DNA of 64,000 bases from Rhynchobatus australiae (lineage: Eukaryota). Below, in pieces: positions 12,069-25,611 of the stretch. A program made the position numbers and the translations under genes. The stretch covers positions 21,767,331 to 21,831,330 of the forward strand of contig JAUZTB010000001.1 in the NCBI GenBank assembly GCA_034780895.1, written 5' to 3'. Below the pieces are notes generated by a model, which worked only from the letters and a program-made list of their open reading frames with translations, ran no database searches and had not been told where the DNA came from. How positions within the stretch are numbered: the first letter of the stretch is position 1; each line of letters opens with the position of its first letter.

Positions 12069-13279
12069 TTTAAATTTCATTTAGAATAGCACGGAGATAA
12101 TTTTAATAAATGCCTACTGATGCACATTTTATTGCCTTGCAAATCTTTTTAAGGATTCAGTGAATCTGTGGAGATTCAGAATGATGTCCAAAAAAAAACA
12201 AATGCAGATTTCCTTTTATTCAGCAGGCAAAATGTAAAATCACTTGGGTGGATTTTGTACATGTGCTTTGCATGAGGCAGTGAAAACGGAGGGTGACACT
12301 TTGTTGGACTTCATTGCACAAGTTATGGTCTTATAATTCAAAAGAGATGCAGATGAAAAGATGCATCTCCCAGATAAGATGCCTTCCACTCCAGGCCTTT
12401 GGTGGTCTTTGTTACGTCATTACATGGAATTCCAGATGTGAATGGTTTTCAGGTGCACCAGATCCTTCCCTTTTAAACTGAAAAGTTCAGAGTGACTGAG
12501 TTTACTTACAACATCGTAATCAGGCTACACTTAAACAGGTATCAAGAGAGTGAGCAGTTAGTGCGGGATCAGAAAGTGTTGCCTCATGATCAACAATAAT
12601 TTTTCTTCTCTTCTGCTTTTCTCAGTCTATATGTGTGGCTTACAACTTACACCAGTGATATGGGTCACATCCTTCCATAGTTTTGGTAGTTCTCAGAGTT
12701 GGAACTTCTTGGGAGCTGAACCAAGAGTTCTTTTAAGGAANNNNNNNNNNNNNNNNNNNNNNNNNNNNNNNNNNNNNNNNNNNNNNNNNNNNNNNNNNNN
12801 NNNNNNNNNNNNNNNNNNNNNNNNNNNNNNNNNNNNNNNNNNNNNNNNNNNNNNNNNNNNNNNNNNNNNNNNNNNNNNNNNNNNNNNNNNNNNNNNNNNN
12901 NNNNNNNNNNNNNNNNNNNNNNNNNNNNNNNNNNNNNNNNNNNNNNNNNNNNNNNNNNNNNNNNNNNNAAGGAATATCAATAGGCCAGAGCTTTCTCCTT
13001 CTGCTATGTGAGGGTGTGCTACAACAAGGAAAGTGGGGTAGTTGGAGTGTCATTGGGAATCACTACTTTTGTGACAAACAGCATGAACGGGAGTTCCTAC
13101 TTTGCAATAATGTTTGGTATCTGTGATCCTGAGAGCCGTGAACAGCATGCATGGTGGTGGCACAATCTGGCCCCATTCATTGAAGGTGGATTCTGCTGGG
13201 ATTAACAGGGCATGTAGGGCAAACCAGATCAGCTTTGCCTAGGCAAGCAAACGGTACATCATTTTCTTTCTCCCCTCCT

Positions 13280-13280
13280 C

Positions 13281-13313
<33 letters not shown>

Positions 13314-13322
13314 TTCCCTCTC
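13280..13322. repeat. (TCTG)n/(TC)n microsatellite
   Basis: Directly visible. Confidence 0.85.
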
Positions 13323-13849
13323 GCTGAGAGGACCCTGGTTAAAAAAATGCAAATCAATAGTGTTTTTATGAAAGAAAATGATCTTTGTTAGAACAAATAG
13401 TTCAACTTTAAAGTAAGACTTGTCGCTTATATTCCGATGCTGGTACCTCCGGCATCTGTTTGAGCTTCCTTGCCAAAAGGTGTGGATCTGTTCAAGATTA
13501 TTGGAGTGGGGTGTTGGTGGGGGTGGGTGGGGAAGGGGGGGTGCAATCAAAACAACACAAAAATAAAGGGCGAGAGAAAAAACATCATTGTTGCATCGAG
13601 ACAGGGGTAGCTTTAGTGGTCTTGGATCCCTTTCATCATTGGGGAAAATTATACACTCCCTCACGGATACATGATAATTATACATTTCTGTACACAGGAA
13701 CTTGACAATGCTCCAGAAAAGTGACAGAAAGATGCCCAGGCACCAAGCAGAACAGATTTTTTAAAAAAAACTTGTAACAGTCAGGAGGTGAAAGGGGAGG
13801 ATCAACTGGCTATTGTGCTGGTCTTTGAATTTGCTTTATTCCTTGTTTA

Positions 13850-14200
13850 CCTCACTGGGCGCAGTGATATGATTTGCGCAATGCGAGGTCGCAACATGTT
13901 ACTTGAGACGACAATTTGCTGATTCAAGCGGGCGATTGTGTCTGGTGCCAGTCAGTCGCAATTAGGAAAGGCATCGGGGAGGCCTGGAGTAGCTGCAATG
14001 TCNNNNNNNNNNNNNNNNNNNNNNNNNNNNNNNNNNNNNNNNNNNNNNNNNNNNNNNNNNNNNNNNNNNNNNNNNNNNNNNNNNNNNNNNNNNNNNNNNN
14101 NNNNNNNNNNNNNNNNNNNNNNNNNNNNNNNNNNGTCCGTTCAGGGAAATTCTTTGTTTGAGAGTAAAAATTGTTATCCTTTGTTTAAATCCGGGAGCAA
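13850..14200. promoter_or_regulatory. CpG-retaining, promoter/enhancer-like segment with a C/EBP-type site
   Basis: Cluster of CpGs in unique sequence; TTGCGCAA at 13874-13881; N gap inside. Confidence 0.35.
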
Positions 14201-14959
14201 AAAGGAAAGGAAAAGTATCACACAGAAAATCCAATGTGGCTAGTCATTTGCATTGCTCAGAACTTATGTATCAGATCCAAAGCAAAAATGCAGTGAACTT
14301 TACTTTTTACTTTTTCTCTTTCTTGCTGCAAAAAACAATGAAAACGAACTATTATCTTTTAAGATATTCCACCAGCTCTTTGTTCTTACTAAGAGACCCC
14401 CACCACCCACCCCCATTGCCAACCCAACCCCCACCTCTCACCCTGGCCCAAAAAAAGTATTTACTTCCAAAAGCAAAATAGCTTTTCTAAGCTGCCTTTC
14501 AAAAGCTTTAGACTGTAGTTGTTTTTTATAATGCACCTCAGACTTCAAAAAAAAAGTATTTTTAGCACAATGTAACATTGTTAAATAAAGAATGTAGTGG
14601 GGTAATTTATCCATTTCTTCAGAAAGTTGAGAACAGCCAAACATGGTATTGTTTGTAAGATTGTCCTCTTTGGAAATGATAATATATTGGTGAACATACT
14701 CAGAGAGTTTGGATGAAACGATGATTTTACATAAAGAATGCTCTGATTTTATACACTGTGTCAGCTATCTCTTCCTTGTGTTGATTTACGTGCTGTTTTT
14801 TTCTCTCTCCCAGAGTCTGGGCAGCGAGCAGGTGTTTCAGTAGGTTTAGCTTTCCACAGCTTATGTGTTTGTAGACTATAATCAGCAAATTCAACAGCAG
14901 ATTTTGTGAGGGTGCGCTGCACATGTGCATTCGTAAATGTGTTCGGAAGTCTTTCTGAT

Positions 14960-15310
14960 GTAGTATGTTTTCCAGTATGTATGTTTGTCAGCATTTGTTT
15001 CTACGTATATGGATGTCTATTTCTGTATATGTTTGCAGAATTCTAAGTGCATTCAACGTCTATGCAAATGTTTGTTTCTGTGTGTATGCATGTGTTTGGC
15101 TACATATGTTTCTATGTGTGTGTGTGTGTACATATGTGTATGTATGTTTATATGTCTGGATGAATGTATGTTTGAGTTCATTATGTGTGTTTGCTTATGC
15201 ATATGTGTTTCTATGTTTTATGGAGGTAGATTTGTGTGTGTGCTTGTGTGTGTATGTCTGAGTCCATGTGTGAATCTGTGTGTGTGGGACTGTATGTGTT
15301 TCTCTGTCTT
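14960..15310. repeat. Degenerate (GT)/(TATGTG) low-complexity tract
   Basis: Directly visible; it generates the spurious CVCVY ORFs. Confidence 0.85.
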
Positions 15311-18254
15311 TGTTTTGGTAGTCAGCAGGTTTTAGAATATATCTAACAGCTGCTAGATGATAAATTCACACCTCAAAAGTTTTTTTGTCCCTAGTGTCAG
15401 GTGGGGAAGGGGGGACAGTTGTGGGTTGGAATCTTTCATCAAAGAGAAAGGGTAAAATAAAAGTGTGCATTGAAACCTACTGCTGACTGTATTACAGATT
15501 TGAATGCATTGCCATCTGTGGGTTGATCAAACATAATAATACCTCCTTGCATAAATTTTAATAATGTTTTCTCTGACTTTCATATAAGGGGTATGTTGGG
15601 AAATACTGTATGAAAGTAATTTCATTTGAAAAACTGTGAAATGAGTACACAGGGACTTGTGTCCTATATATGCAATAAATTAGAGTGAAGCAGAGCTATG
15701 ATATCAAATCGCCCTTGTCAGATTGCAGTTCACAAGTGGCAGTCTGGCACCATTTGTAAACTGGATGGTGTTACCGGTGTCATCATTCCGCTTCTGTATC
15801 CCAAACAGGCCCTAATTTTTATCCTCTTTTCCTCACTCTCTTTCCCTCCTCCTGCCCCTTCATCTTAAATAATTTCAGCAAAATAAGCGGCTCGTCTGCA
15901 GCAGCTAGGAAGCGTTCTGCCGCCAACTCATCAAACTTTAANNNNNNNNNNNNNNNNNNNNNNNNNNNNNNNNNNNNNNNNNNNNNNNNNNNNNNNNNNN
16001 NNNNNNNNNNNNNNNNNNNNNNNNNNNNNNNNNNNNNNNNNNNNNNNNNNNNNNNNNNNNNNNNNNNNNNNNNCTAGGCACTTGCTGCTCTGTCATGAAT
16101 AAGGTATTTCATACAAGCAAAGTACGTGCCCGATGAGCTTTTAAAGTCGCTTTACACTAAACCTGTGTATTGCTTGGCGTGCATGAGTGAGTACAACACG
16201 CATCGTGATCTGTCTCAGGTGGTGCGAGGCTGGCTGTGCATCCAGGAGTGATGTGATGGGAGCTGAGTATCTTCTCGAACATGGTCTCTCCTTTGCTGCA
16301 AAAACTTAAGAGAAATAGTTAACATTTGCAGTCAATCGCTACTACACAGTGGTATACTTAATATTTAAATATTTTAATAATGTGAGGTTTGTCCATATTG
16401 TTTAGCATATAACCAAATCTTTTTTATATATGTGCTTAAGACATGAGTTTACCTTTTTCCTTCTTGAGCCCAATCATGTCCTTTATCTTCATAGAAAATG
16501 GATTTCTCACTCTGTGTACAATTTATAGTTTCCTGTTGCTAGTGGAAGGCAAGCTTCCNNNNNNNNNNNNNNNNNNNNNNNNNNNNNNNNNNNNNNNNNN
16601 NNNNNNNNNNNNNNNNNNNNNNNNNNNNNNNNNNNNNNNNNNNNNNNNNNNNNNNNNNNNNNNNNNNNNNNNNNNNNNNNNNNNNNNNNNNNNNTACCTT
16701 GGAGGGCTCTGGAGACTCAGTCATTGTATTCATTCAAAACAAATAAAAAAAATTTTAATACCTGTCCTTCTAATTATACACACAGTGTACTGTGCTGTAC
16801 ACTTTCTGCAGTTCTAATTTTCTTCTATAGATTCTCCCATTTATTTTTTCAAAGTAATGTCACAGTTTTATTATTCTTTCCCTCCTACTGTCACTTTTAC
16901 AAATTTATTTTACACAAACTGTTAATAGCTGTATACAGTTTAATTATTATTTTCTTACCACCCAGTCAGATCTAAGAGTTCACAGCTCTCTCTAAGCAAA
17001 AGAGATCTCCATAAAATGACAGAAACAGTCCTCCGCAAATGGAGTTTCGCAGTGACGCGAAACTACTCAAGGGTATGCATTGGCACAAATGTGCCTATAG
17101 AAGCTGGATGTCAAAACACCTGTTGATTGGAGTTTGTACTAGCTGCAGTATAACTTCAGTCTATATTGAACACCTTATTGGGACTGAACCCTGTTGCCAT
17201 CAACTGAGTTTTATTCTCACTTTTTTTTTCTCTCCTCTTGACTGGAAGACTGAAAGTGCTGATTACAGGATGCCGCTGTACGTGCACATTTTCTGTCAAA
17301 TAAATTAGAAAGTACAATTTGAGGAAGCGGAAGAACCAGATAGTGTTTATTCATTAGCAGTAAGCAGTGAAGAAACCAAACAATGAAGAAAACAACCATG
17401 AAGAACTCAAGCCTGGTTGCATTCTTACATATATCCTCTGGTCTCACTAGCCTTCATTTCATTGCAATCTTCACCAGTGCCACCAAGACACAACTTGGAT
17501 TGAAGTCCAGAGGAATTCATTTTATGCAGAGTATTATTTAGTGTTAACTATTTGCTGCTGAGAACTGCATTTAAATCCAGAGTTGGTCAAAAGACTTTCA
17601 ATCATTGTGGAGCTGTTCTGTGGTGGACTCACAATTGAGAGGACTTAAAACAAGTTATAGTTGGTCTGTGGTGTAGCAGTGATTGAGAGGACCTGAAACA
17701 AGTTACCATGTCTTATTTTACTTGCTTTAAAATTGGTCTGTGGTGAAATGGTACTTGAGAGGTTAAATCTGGCTCCTTCATCGTACAAGCTCGAAATAAC
17801 TAGNNNNNNNNNNNNNNNNNNNNNNNNNNNTTCCACCTGAGTGTTGTATTGGAGTTTGTTTAATACAGCTGCTTGCTCTGGAAATATCTGGAATATTGAG
17901 AGTTGTAACTGAAGACAATGAGGTAAATGGGAATGGATTGAAGCTGTTCCGTTGGATGCAAATATCCTTTTGCCTCTCTTGCATCTTTGCTGCTCAAAGT
18001 GGCATCATTCTTTCATTCTAGTTTAAGCCAGAATTTAGCACCTGCCCTGCTGGTGGTGTAGCTTCATCTAGCATACCATTCACTAACACATCTATGTTGT
18101 TAGACTTAACATATAAACTAACAATAAACATTAAATATGCACCCTACTTACGTCATGAAATGAGTGAGAAATAATCCAGTGAAGTGGGACTTTGTAAGAG
18201 ATAGCAGTACACTATAAAAAGGTTTGCATTAGCTGTCAGCTTGTTGCTCTGAAA

Positions 18255-18450
18255 CATTGCAAAATGATTCACATTCAATGAATTACTTTGTTGTGATGTT
18301 GGCAAATGTGGCAGCCATTTTACACACATTAGTGTCCTATAAACAGTGATAAAGTGGTGCTGTTTGAAGGAAGAGTATTGGTCAGAACACTAGGACAACT
18401 GTGAAGTTCTGTTCTGATAATACCACAAATGTTCCCCTGAGGAGGTGAAT
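18255..18450 (-). mobile_element. Deu-domain SINE fragment
   Basis: aatgtggcagccattttacacaca..tataaacag..tattggtcagaacactagg is the reverse complement of the Deu core. Confidence 0.6.
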
Positions 18451-19397
18451 GAGCCATCTATGATTGGTGGAGAATAGTAGAATGATGTGGCTTTATTTGA
18501 AAGATAGGGGGCATGATGACGATCTAACTTTTCTCTGTGGGACCTGGAGGACATCCTTGCATCTATGCGAAAACCAAAAATTTTAAATCTGTTTTTGGGC
18601 CAACCTATTCCTTGCTGGGTTGATGCACTAGGATACTCACTACTATTACCTATTCAGACATAAACCGCAATTGGGCCTCAATGGAGTTGGAGATCAGACA
18701 TGCACATCGTACAGGATACCACTAACTTTATGAAAAGTCTTTCTGTCTCTCATTAAGTTAAGCAAACTAAAATTATGTATGGTCAACTTCCAGTGGCTCC
18801 ATGTAATGTAATTAATCTGGGCCATTTAAATTGAATGCTCTCCTGCCCAGTTCTAATGTGCAAATTGAATTAAAATTGCCACCGATCCATCTGCCAAGGT
18901 ATAAAATAAAGCAATTGACCAGCTCACCCTAAATTAATAATTTCTTATGCAGGTACTGTTCAGCTGAGGGTCCAGGCGACAATGTTTATAAGAGCCTGCC
19001 ACAATATGTTTAAGTCCCAGAATCAACTCTCTTGATATCTCCAAAATGATCAGTCACTCTTTCAAGAAAATAAATTCTGGGATATGAAAAGTCATCTGCA
19101 CATTCAGCATATTCCTCACATCAGCCCGTGTTTAGTTCATGCTGTTGCAGACTGGCAAAGGTTTGAAGGCACAGGAAAATGGCCAATGAGCGAAGAGGAA
19201 AGGGAAAAGTCTACTGGATCCCCAGAGGTAATCAAGCAAAAGCTCCAGTAAATCACTCTAACAATGCAATCTATGATATTGAATCTTCACCACTTATATT
19301 TCCCCCAATGATACTAAATTTTCAGACTAAATTTTTTTTACTTTATGTTCATTTTTATAAGAAAAATAGTAGATCAGAAAACATCTCAAAGGTATCT

Positions 19398-19820
19398 GTG
19401 TCAAAGTTGGTAGCACTCTCACTTCTGATTGTAGATTCAAGTCACACTCCAGAGACTAGAGCCCAAACTTTTTGCTAATACTCCACTGTAGTAATAAAAA
19501 AGCCCTGAACTGTTGGAGATGCTGGCCTTTGGATTAGGTGTTAAACTGAGGCCCTGTCTTCTCTCTCAAGAGACATAAAAGACAAAGACCAGTACTTTGA
19601 AGAAGAAGGGGTGCATTATTCCCAATACACTGGCCAATATGAAATCCCAACTCAACATTACCGAAATATATGATCTGGTCAGTATCCCATTGCAGTTTTT
19701 GGGAGCTTGCTGTGTACATTTCACCATTGCATTTCTTGTAACAGCAACTACACTTCAAAAGTACTCAAAAGTACTTCAGTAGCTGCAAAAGTGTTGTGCA
19801 AATGCAAGTCTTTTATTTTA
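19398..19820 (+). mobile_element. Near full-length Deu-domain SINE (SacSINE1-like)
   Basis: Head ggtagcactctcacttctga..ttcaagtcacactccagagact, core gttaaactgaggccctgtc..ctggccaatat..gggagcttgctgtg, tail cttcaaaagtact..aaatgcaagtcttt. Confidence 0.85.
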
Positions 19821-20211
19821 CTGAGGTAGAGTTGATGCCCCTATAAACAGAAAGAAGATTTCCAACATTTAAACAAAAAACTCCTGTCTTAGTTTGCTGC
19901 ACAGGGTATTAAATAGCAGCCATTGTTATTTTTGGAACATGTATTTAAATACAGCTATTGTTAAAAATTATGAATGAGAGATAAAGTCAGCTCCAGAGCA
20001 GCTGCAGATGTCAGTGGCTACTGATCTTCAGTTTCAACCATCCTGAAATAAATGTTTTCTCACATTTTCCAGGCTCAGAGATGACACTTCTGAAAATATG
20101 GCATTGGTTGTTTACTGATTATGGAATTTTGAATCGAAGCTTAAAAATCATCTTTGAACCTTCGAGGACAGTATGCACCACACTTACTGGATAAATATAA
20201 AATCTGAATAA

Positions 20212-20445
20212 ACTCAATAAGGAATTCAGAAGGAAGAACTTTATTCAGGGAGTGGTGAGAATGTGAAATTTGTTACCAGATGGGAGTAGTTGAGACAAAT
20301 AGCATAGAGGCATTTAAGTGAAAACTGTGGAAGGAGAGGAGGGGAGAGAAGTACAGGGATCAATAATGAGACTGTGTGGGCACAAGCAGTGGGATAGACC
20401 AATTGGCCTGAATTTATGTCACTACACTGGAAAGTCTGTTCTGTT
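20212..20445 (+). mobile_element. CR1 3'-end fragment
   Basis: aactttattcagggagtggtgagaatgtgaaat..gtagttgagacaaatagcatagaggcatttaag (decayed RVVRMWN-like C-terminus). Confidence 0.7.
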
Positions 20446-21319
20446 CTCCATAATATGATATGCCATGTTTGTTTTTTGGACATAAAAACAATTGAAAAAG
20501 GCGACTCAAAAGTAAAAGCCAAATTTAACTTGTCTATTCTTCATTATGATAGAAATCAAACCTGAATTATGTGCAATGTTTACTTGCCAACTGGATGTTT
20601 AGGTGGAGATCATTCCAATCCAGTCTAACAGCACTTCTCTCCAACAATAAGTTTGCAGCTTTTAAATAAAGCTAAGAAAATGAAAAATGACAACAGATGG
20701 GGGTGAATTTGGGCCTTGACCACTTGCAAATGTCTAATATAGTGGCAGCCTTAATTCAAAAGTGCAGTATAATTATGCCCATACATTACAGTACATGTGT
20801 GGTTAGCACAAGCAACCAAGGATGAATCTTTGAACATTTTTTAAGGCGCCAATAATTTCGCTCTGGGCTGCTTGTTCCAGCTTCCAGGAGATATATCTTC
20901 AATTCTTGGAGATGTCCGTACAATCATGGATGATTGGAAACGCTATCAACACAATAATTTGGGATTTTAATCAATACGTAGAATGTCACATTACTAATTT
21001 GACCCACAGTGATATATGGAAGCACATGCTTATAAAATCCATGACTTTGCAGAAAGAAGTTAGGAGTTAATTTTGAAGGGGAGACATTGAGCAACTCTCT
21101 CCCTTGTATAAATGAATAATAATTGTAAGTTTTCTCTTTAGTTCACAGATCAATTGGATCGTAGTCTAAATGTTTTGATGGCTCTGCACTCTTCAAAGCA
21201 AATCCATGATACAGACGTAAAGTGGGATTTTATTTTACTGAAGGAAGCAAAAGAAAAGTTTTTTTTGTTCTGTGCCCCCCCCTCCACCCCCTCAGAGTAG
21301 ACAGCATCAAGACAGGGGT

Positions 21320-22330
21320 CCCTAATCCATCATGCCCTGCAGGCAGTGCACAGCTACCGGAGATGCCAGCCGGAGATCAGTAGTTGCACAGACTCGGCAG
21401 TGAAATCCAAGACGATTTATAACAGCTAGGTAACGGCTTTGGCTCTGGCAGAACATTAAGTGAAACGTCATGCTGGTGCAGGGGCAGAGGGTGGTCAAAG
21501 AGAGACAGAAAGAGAGTTGGGGAGAGAGAGAGAGAGAGAAAGGGAGAGAGAAATGCAGGATATGCCTGACCAGAATGCAGTGAACCCAAGGTCTTCTGCA
21601 AGTCTCACATACTGCCCTTGCTCTCTGCATCCCGGACACAGTCTCACATTCCTGTCTTTCTAGACCCACTAGGAGGTAGATAAGGTAGTCGCGGTCAGTC
21701 CAGCTCCCCTGTCCATAGAAGGACAATGCCAGGAATGTCTGCAATGTGTTCTATTTTTGTCGCACCTATGTGTGGCCACCCATCTGGTCTTAATCAATCA
21801 GTCTCATCCCAAAGCTTTGTTAAACTACCAGCTGAAATAATATACTGCTTCATCAGGATACAGCCTGAAGGATGGCGGCTGTGCAAATCCCCAGCCAGCG
21901 CATGTTAATTGTGGTTACATATCTGTGAACCTAGAAGCTAACAGGGAATTAGGGAGAAGGAAGGATTTATGTGATAGTGGTGGTAGTGACTCTTCTACTT
22001 TTAAAACAAAATTTGTCCACACAGTTTCTTAGGCAAAAGAACTCTAATAGAGGATGTCTGCATGACAATCACCACCTCAGCTTCCTTTCTTATGTCTATG
22101 TGAGTATTCCTTTCACGGTGGGACTTTTTGCTGCTGCCTAGGTAACTGCCTGAGAAGGTTGGAATATCTGGTGACGGAGTTGTGATTGAGGGTCCTGACA
22201 CAACCTTTGTTGTATTGAGGTGTTTGATGCGCATTCACATACACGGTTGAAGCCAGTTAGTTCTCTTCGGCGTAATCCCACCCTCCTTTTTGCCTGCACC
22301 CCTACCCCCACCAGCACTACCCCATCACCA
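21320..22330. promoter_or_regulatory. Promoter / 5'-exon-like region
   Basis: Unique, GC/CpG-raised, (GA)n tract, C-runs, donor-like sites near 21430, 22100 and 22142. Confidence 0.3.
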
Positions 22331-25300
22331 CCCCCCCCCCCTCTTTTAGTAACATCTCTTGCAAAGAAAACAACACAAGCCAGCTTTTGACCAGAATAAA
22401 ACACTGGTGACTGATGAGAATTTGACTGAAATCCGATTCACAGAGTATTTTGTGAATGTTAGTATATGTGTGCTGGATAAGTGTAATGTTACTTGGCTAT
22501 GTTTACGTATGCATTGGTGAGAACATGCAAGATTCTGGAGCATGTATGCAAGAAATGCATGGAGTTATGTATGTTATATACAAAAGAGAGAGAATATCTG
22601 TGTGAGAGAGCAAAATAAGGTGTGAGAAAGTGCTTGAAAGCACATGAATTTGATGAATTACACTTGTTTTCATTGTGGATGTTGTTCTCTGCAATTGTCT
22701 ACAGTTCTGGCCAGAGTTAGGGAGACATTGTTAGAACATAATGCTTGAAGTTTTGGGAAGGACAGGGGAGGGCTCATTCAAGTATAACATAATTGCACAA
22801 AAGATTTGTTTTAAAATGTCCCTAACACCCCCACCCATCCAATTATCACCTCCATGGAANNNNNNNNNNNNNNNNNNNNNNNNNNNNNNNNNNNNNNNNN
22901 NNNNNNNNNNNNNNNNNNNNNNNNNNNNNNNNNNNNNNNNNNNNNNNNNNNNNNNNNNNNNNNNNNNNNNNNNNNNNNNNNNNNNNNNNNNNNNNNNNNN
23001 NNNNNNNNNNNNNNNNNNNNNNNNNNNNNNNNNNNNNNNNNNNNNNNNNNNNNNNNNNNNNNNNNNNNNNNNNNNNTCCAAAGGTAGTCACTGGTCAACC
23101 AAGAAGCAGCAACCCTTTATTGCACCTCTAGCCCATCCAGAGTTGCCTAAACCACCTGCTGTATTCTAAATGGCCACAAGTGACTCGTACAGATTAGGCA
23201 TTGAGCCTTGACACCTGGATTGTGCAAAGCCTGAACTTTAACTTTAATAATAAAGGAAGCACTTGTTCTCACATCTTGTTCTTTAATCCCATGCATATTA
23301 CATAGGTATGCTTCTCTGCTTTCCTTAAGAAACTTCTTGCTATCCCCGGATTCTAAAGATAGTCATGCGTTTTTGCTTCATTTGACATCATGAATGTGGA
23401 CTGCTGCCCACAAACCACTGTCTCCGTCCATGATGTCACCTGAGGATGAACTCTAGACAGAATGTCTGCAGTTTGGCAGTCTTAAACCAACAGATTGTAA
23501 CTTGATAGAAATAGGGCTGTAAAGGACCCAAAGGCACCTCTAATTGCACAGGTATCTTCCTTATAACATTTAGGATTAAAGAGTAATCCAAATATAATTC
23601 TCCTTTATTTATTTCCTTTAAAAGTTTTTGCTACGAAATAGGCAGCACTTTACTGTTTAACGTAAATGCTAGTGGCAAGTTAGTCTGTTATTATCATGTG
23701 TGGAGATTAAAAGCCAACTTGCTTGGAGCATCACAAGCTCACCACTAACTTCTGGCCAAGTTATTGCAGCAAAGCCTGATTAATTAGAATACCATACATA
23801 TCATTTCCTTACTCCCTCCTTTTAATATTTGTACATAATGTGTTGGATCATTCATACCTGAGTAAATGGTCGTACTTTTCTGACTGTGCTTGTTTGCTCC
23901 ATTCCTCCACTGAAATCTTTTCATATTCCAGAATGTGTAAATTTGAGCATGCAAGGTATTAAACTTGGAAAGTACAACCAGGGACTCACCAGCAAGCTGC
24001 AACTGGCAGAGAGAGAGAGAGAGAGAGATCTGGGGTTCAGATCCTGTTGACAAACCACAAGAACTGGTTAGTCAATGTCCTCTGTGCTCCTGAGACTTCT
24101 TTTTTCTTTTGAAACATGTGACAGAATATATCTGCTGCTTTTATTACTATATAATCTTTACTTTAAAAAATAGTTGCATGATGCAAGAAATTCACAGGTA
24201 GCCAAGTAGTGTAGTGGACCTCTCAATTACCAGATTCAAACAAGCCAGTGGCGATCATTTGCTCTGTTATATGATTCAAACTGCAGTGCCAACATTGGAC
24301 CACTCAGAAGAACTGCAGTGATAATGTATTGTGCACCTTAGCAATGCAAATTACTTTGCAAAGGCCCCAGAGACAGTGGATCCTACTAATTCCATATTCC
24401 GTTTTGTTGAAACAACATAGGTGAATATCAGCAGACAGCAGTAAGGGTTACTGGAATAGTAATGAAAAGTGAGAGCACTGGCTGATTTCTTTCACATCAA
24501 ACTCCACCCACACCAGTCCCAGAGTTTCTAACATATTAAAATAGCCCAAGTATAGGAGCATTGAGACCAATTCATCAGTTGTCCATTGGTTTAGCTGAAA
24601 TCTACTGCTACAGCATTGATTAGGAATTAAATTTGTGATTTTTCTACTTTGCGTAACTTGGCAAGAGAATAAGCCATTGCTTTTACCAACTGAGCCACTC
24701 AGATTGAATGAGACGGCAGAGAACATTGCCCACGCACCATCAATAGACTCTGGTTTCTATCAGAGTACGTTTCCTCTCTAAAGTATTGTTGTAGAAAAAT
24801 TTGCTACCATTTTGTTCACTGTGACAGAGTAACAAAACCCGGCAAACACAATCCATATGTGACAATATGATTTTATTGCAAAACAATAAGAATTGCAAAT
24901 GGCAGTTCCAGCCTCACAATGTATTTTTTTTCTGAGGGAAAGTTTGTACTGCATATAATTTGAGATCTCTCCCCTGTGAAGAAGTACTCAAGTTACATGA
25001 CAAGTAGTGATTTTTATTCCTTCTCTTGAGTTAGTTGTGTTCAAATAAAAAAAGATTTCATGGTTCAAATTGAAGCCAGGTATTGTCCAGTGCAGTTCTG
25101 CAGTGGGTTTGTGTAAACGAGGGGCACTTGGGTTACCAGTACCAGGTCTTACAAGACATGGTGGGCTAAAGAGGATGCAATAGCCCCCAGCTCCTCAGTG
25201 ATGCTGACTGAGTAGAATGGTTTATTTCTTTACTTTAGGCTTCAAGTAAAACTACATACACTATAAGCAGAGACATTTCTCATCGAGGAAGCAAATGCCT

Positions 25301-25611
25301 TCATTCTACATGTGGAGAAGTCATGAAGCAGTGTTACCTTCCTGGACGGTGCTCTTAAGTTTATTTTTTCCAAGTCAGTCAACATTCTTCGACCAATTTA
25401 ATAATTGTAGGTTAAGTTAAAGGAGGCAGTAGAAAACAGAATACTGCAGTGAGCCTGTTGATGCTATTGCTGTATCGTGGTATATGTGCAGGGTTAAGGG
25501 TGAATGGGGACAGACAGAAGACAGGCAAGAACAAGCTATCACGCATTCAATATACTGTTGCTGAGTAACAGCTGAGTGTGCCAGTCCGCACAGAAACAAA
25601 GCACAGTTGCC

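Noticed and set aside
14965-15335. Cys/Val-rich ORFs, also HT/CV ORFs at 31.5 kb and SL/RE ORFs at 53 kb
   Set aside because: Translations of microsatellites
17617-17762. CRISPR array or leucine-rich-repeat coding interpretation of the three-unit array
   Set aside because: Vertebrate context, no cas genes, units too short and the frames checked contain stops
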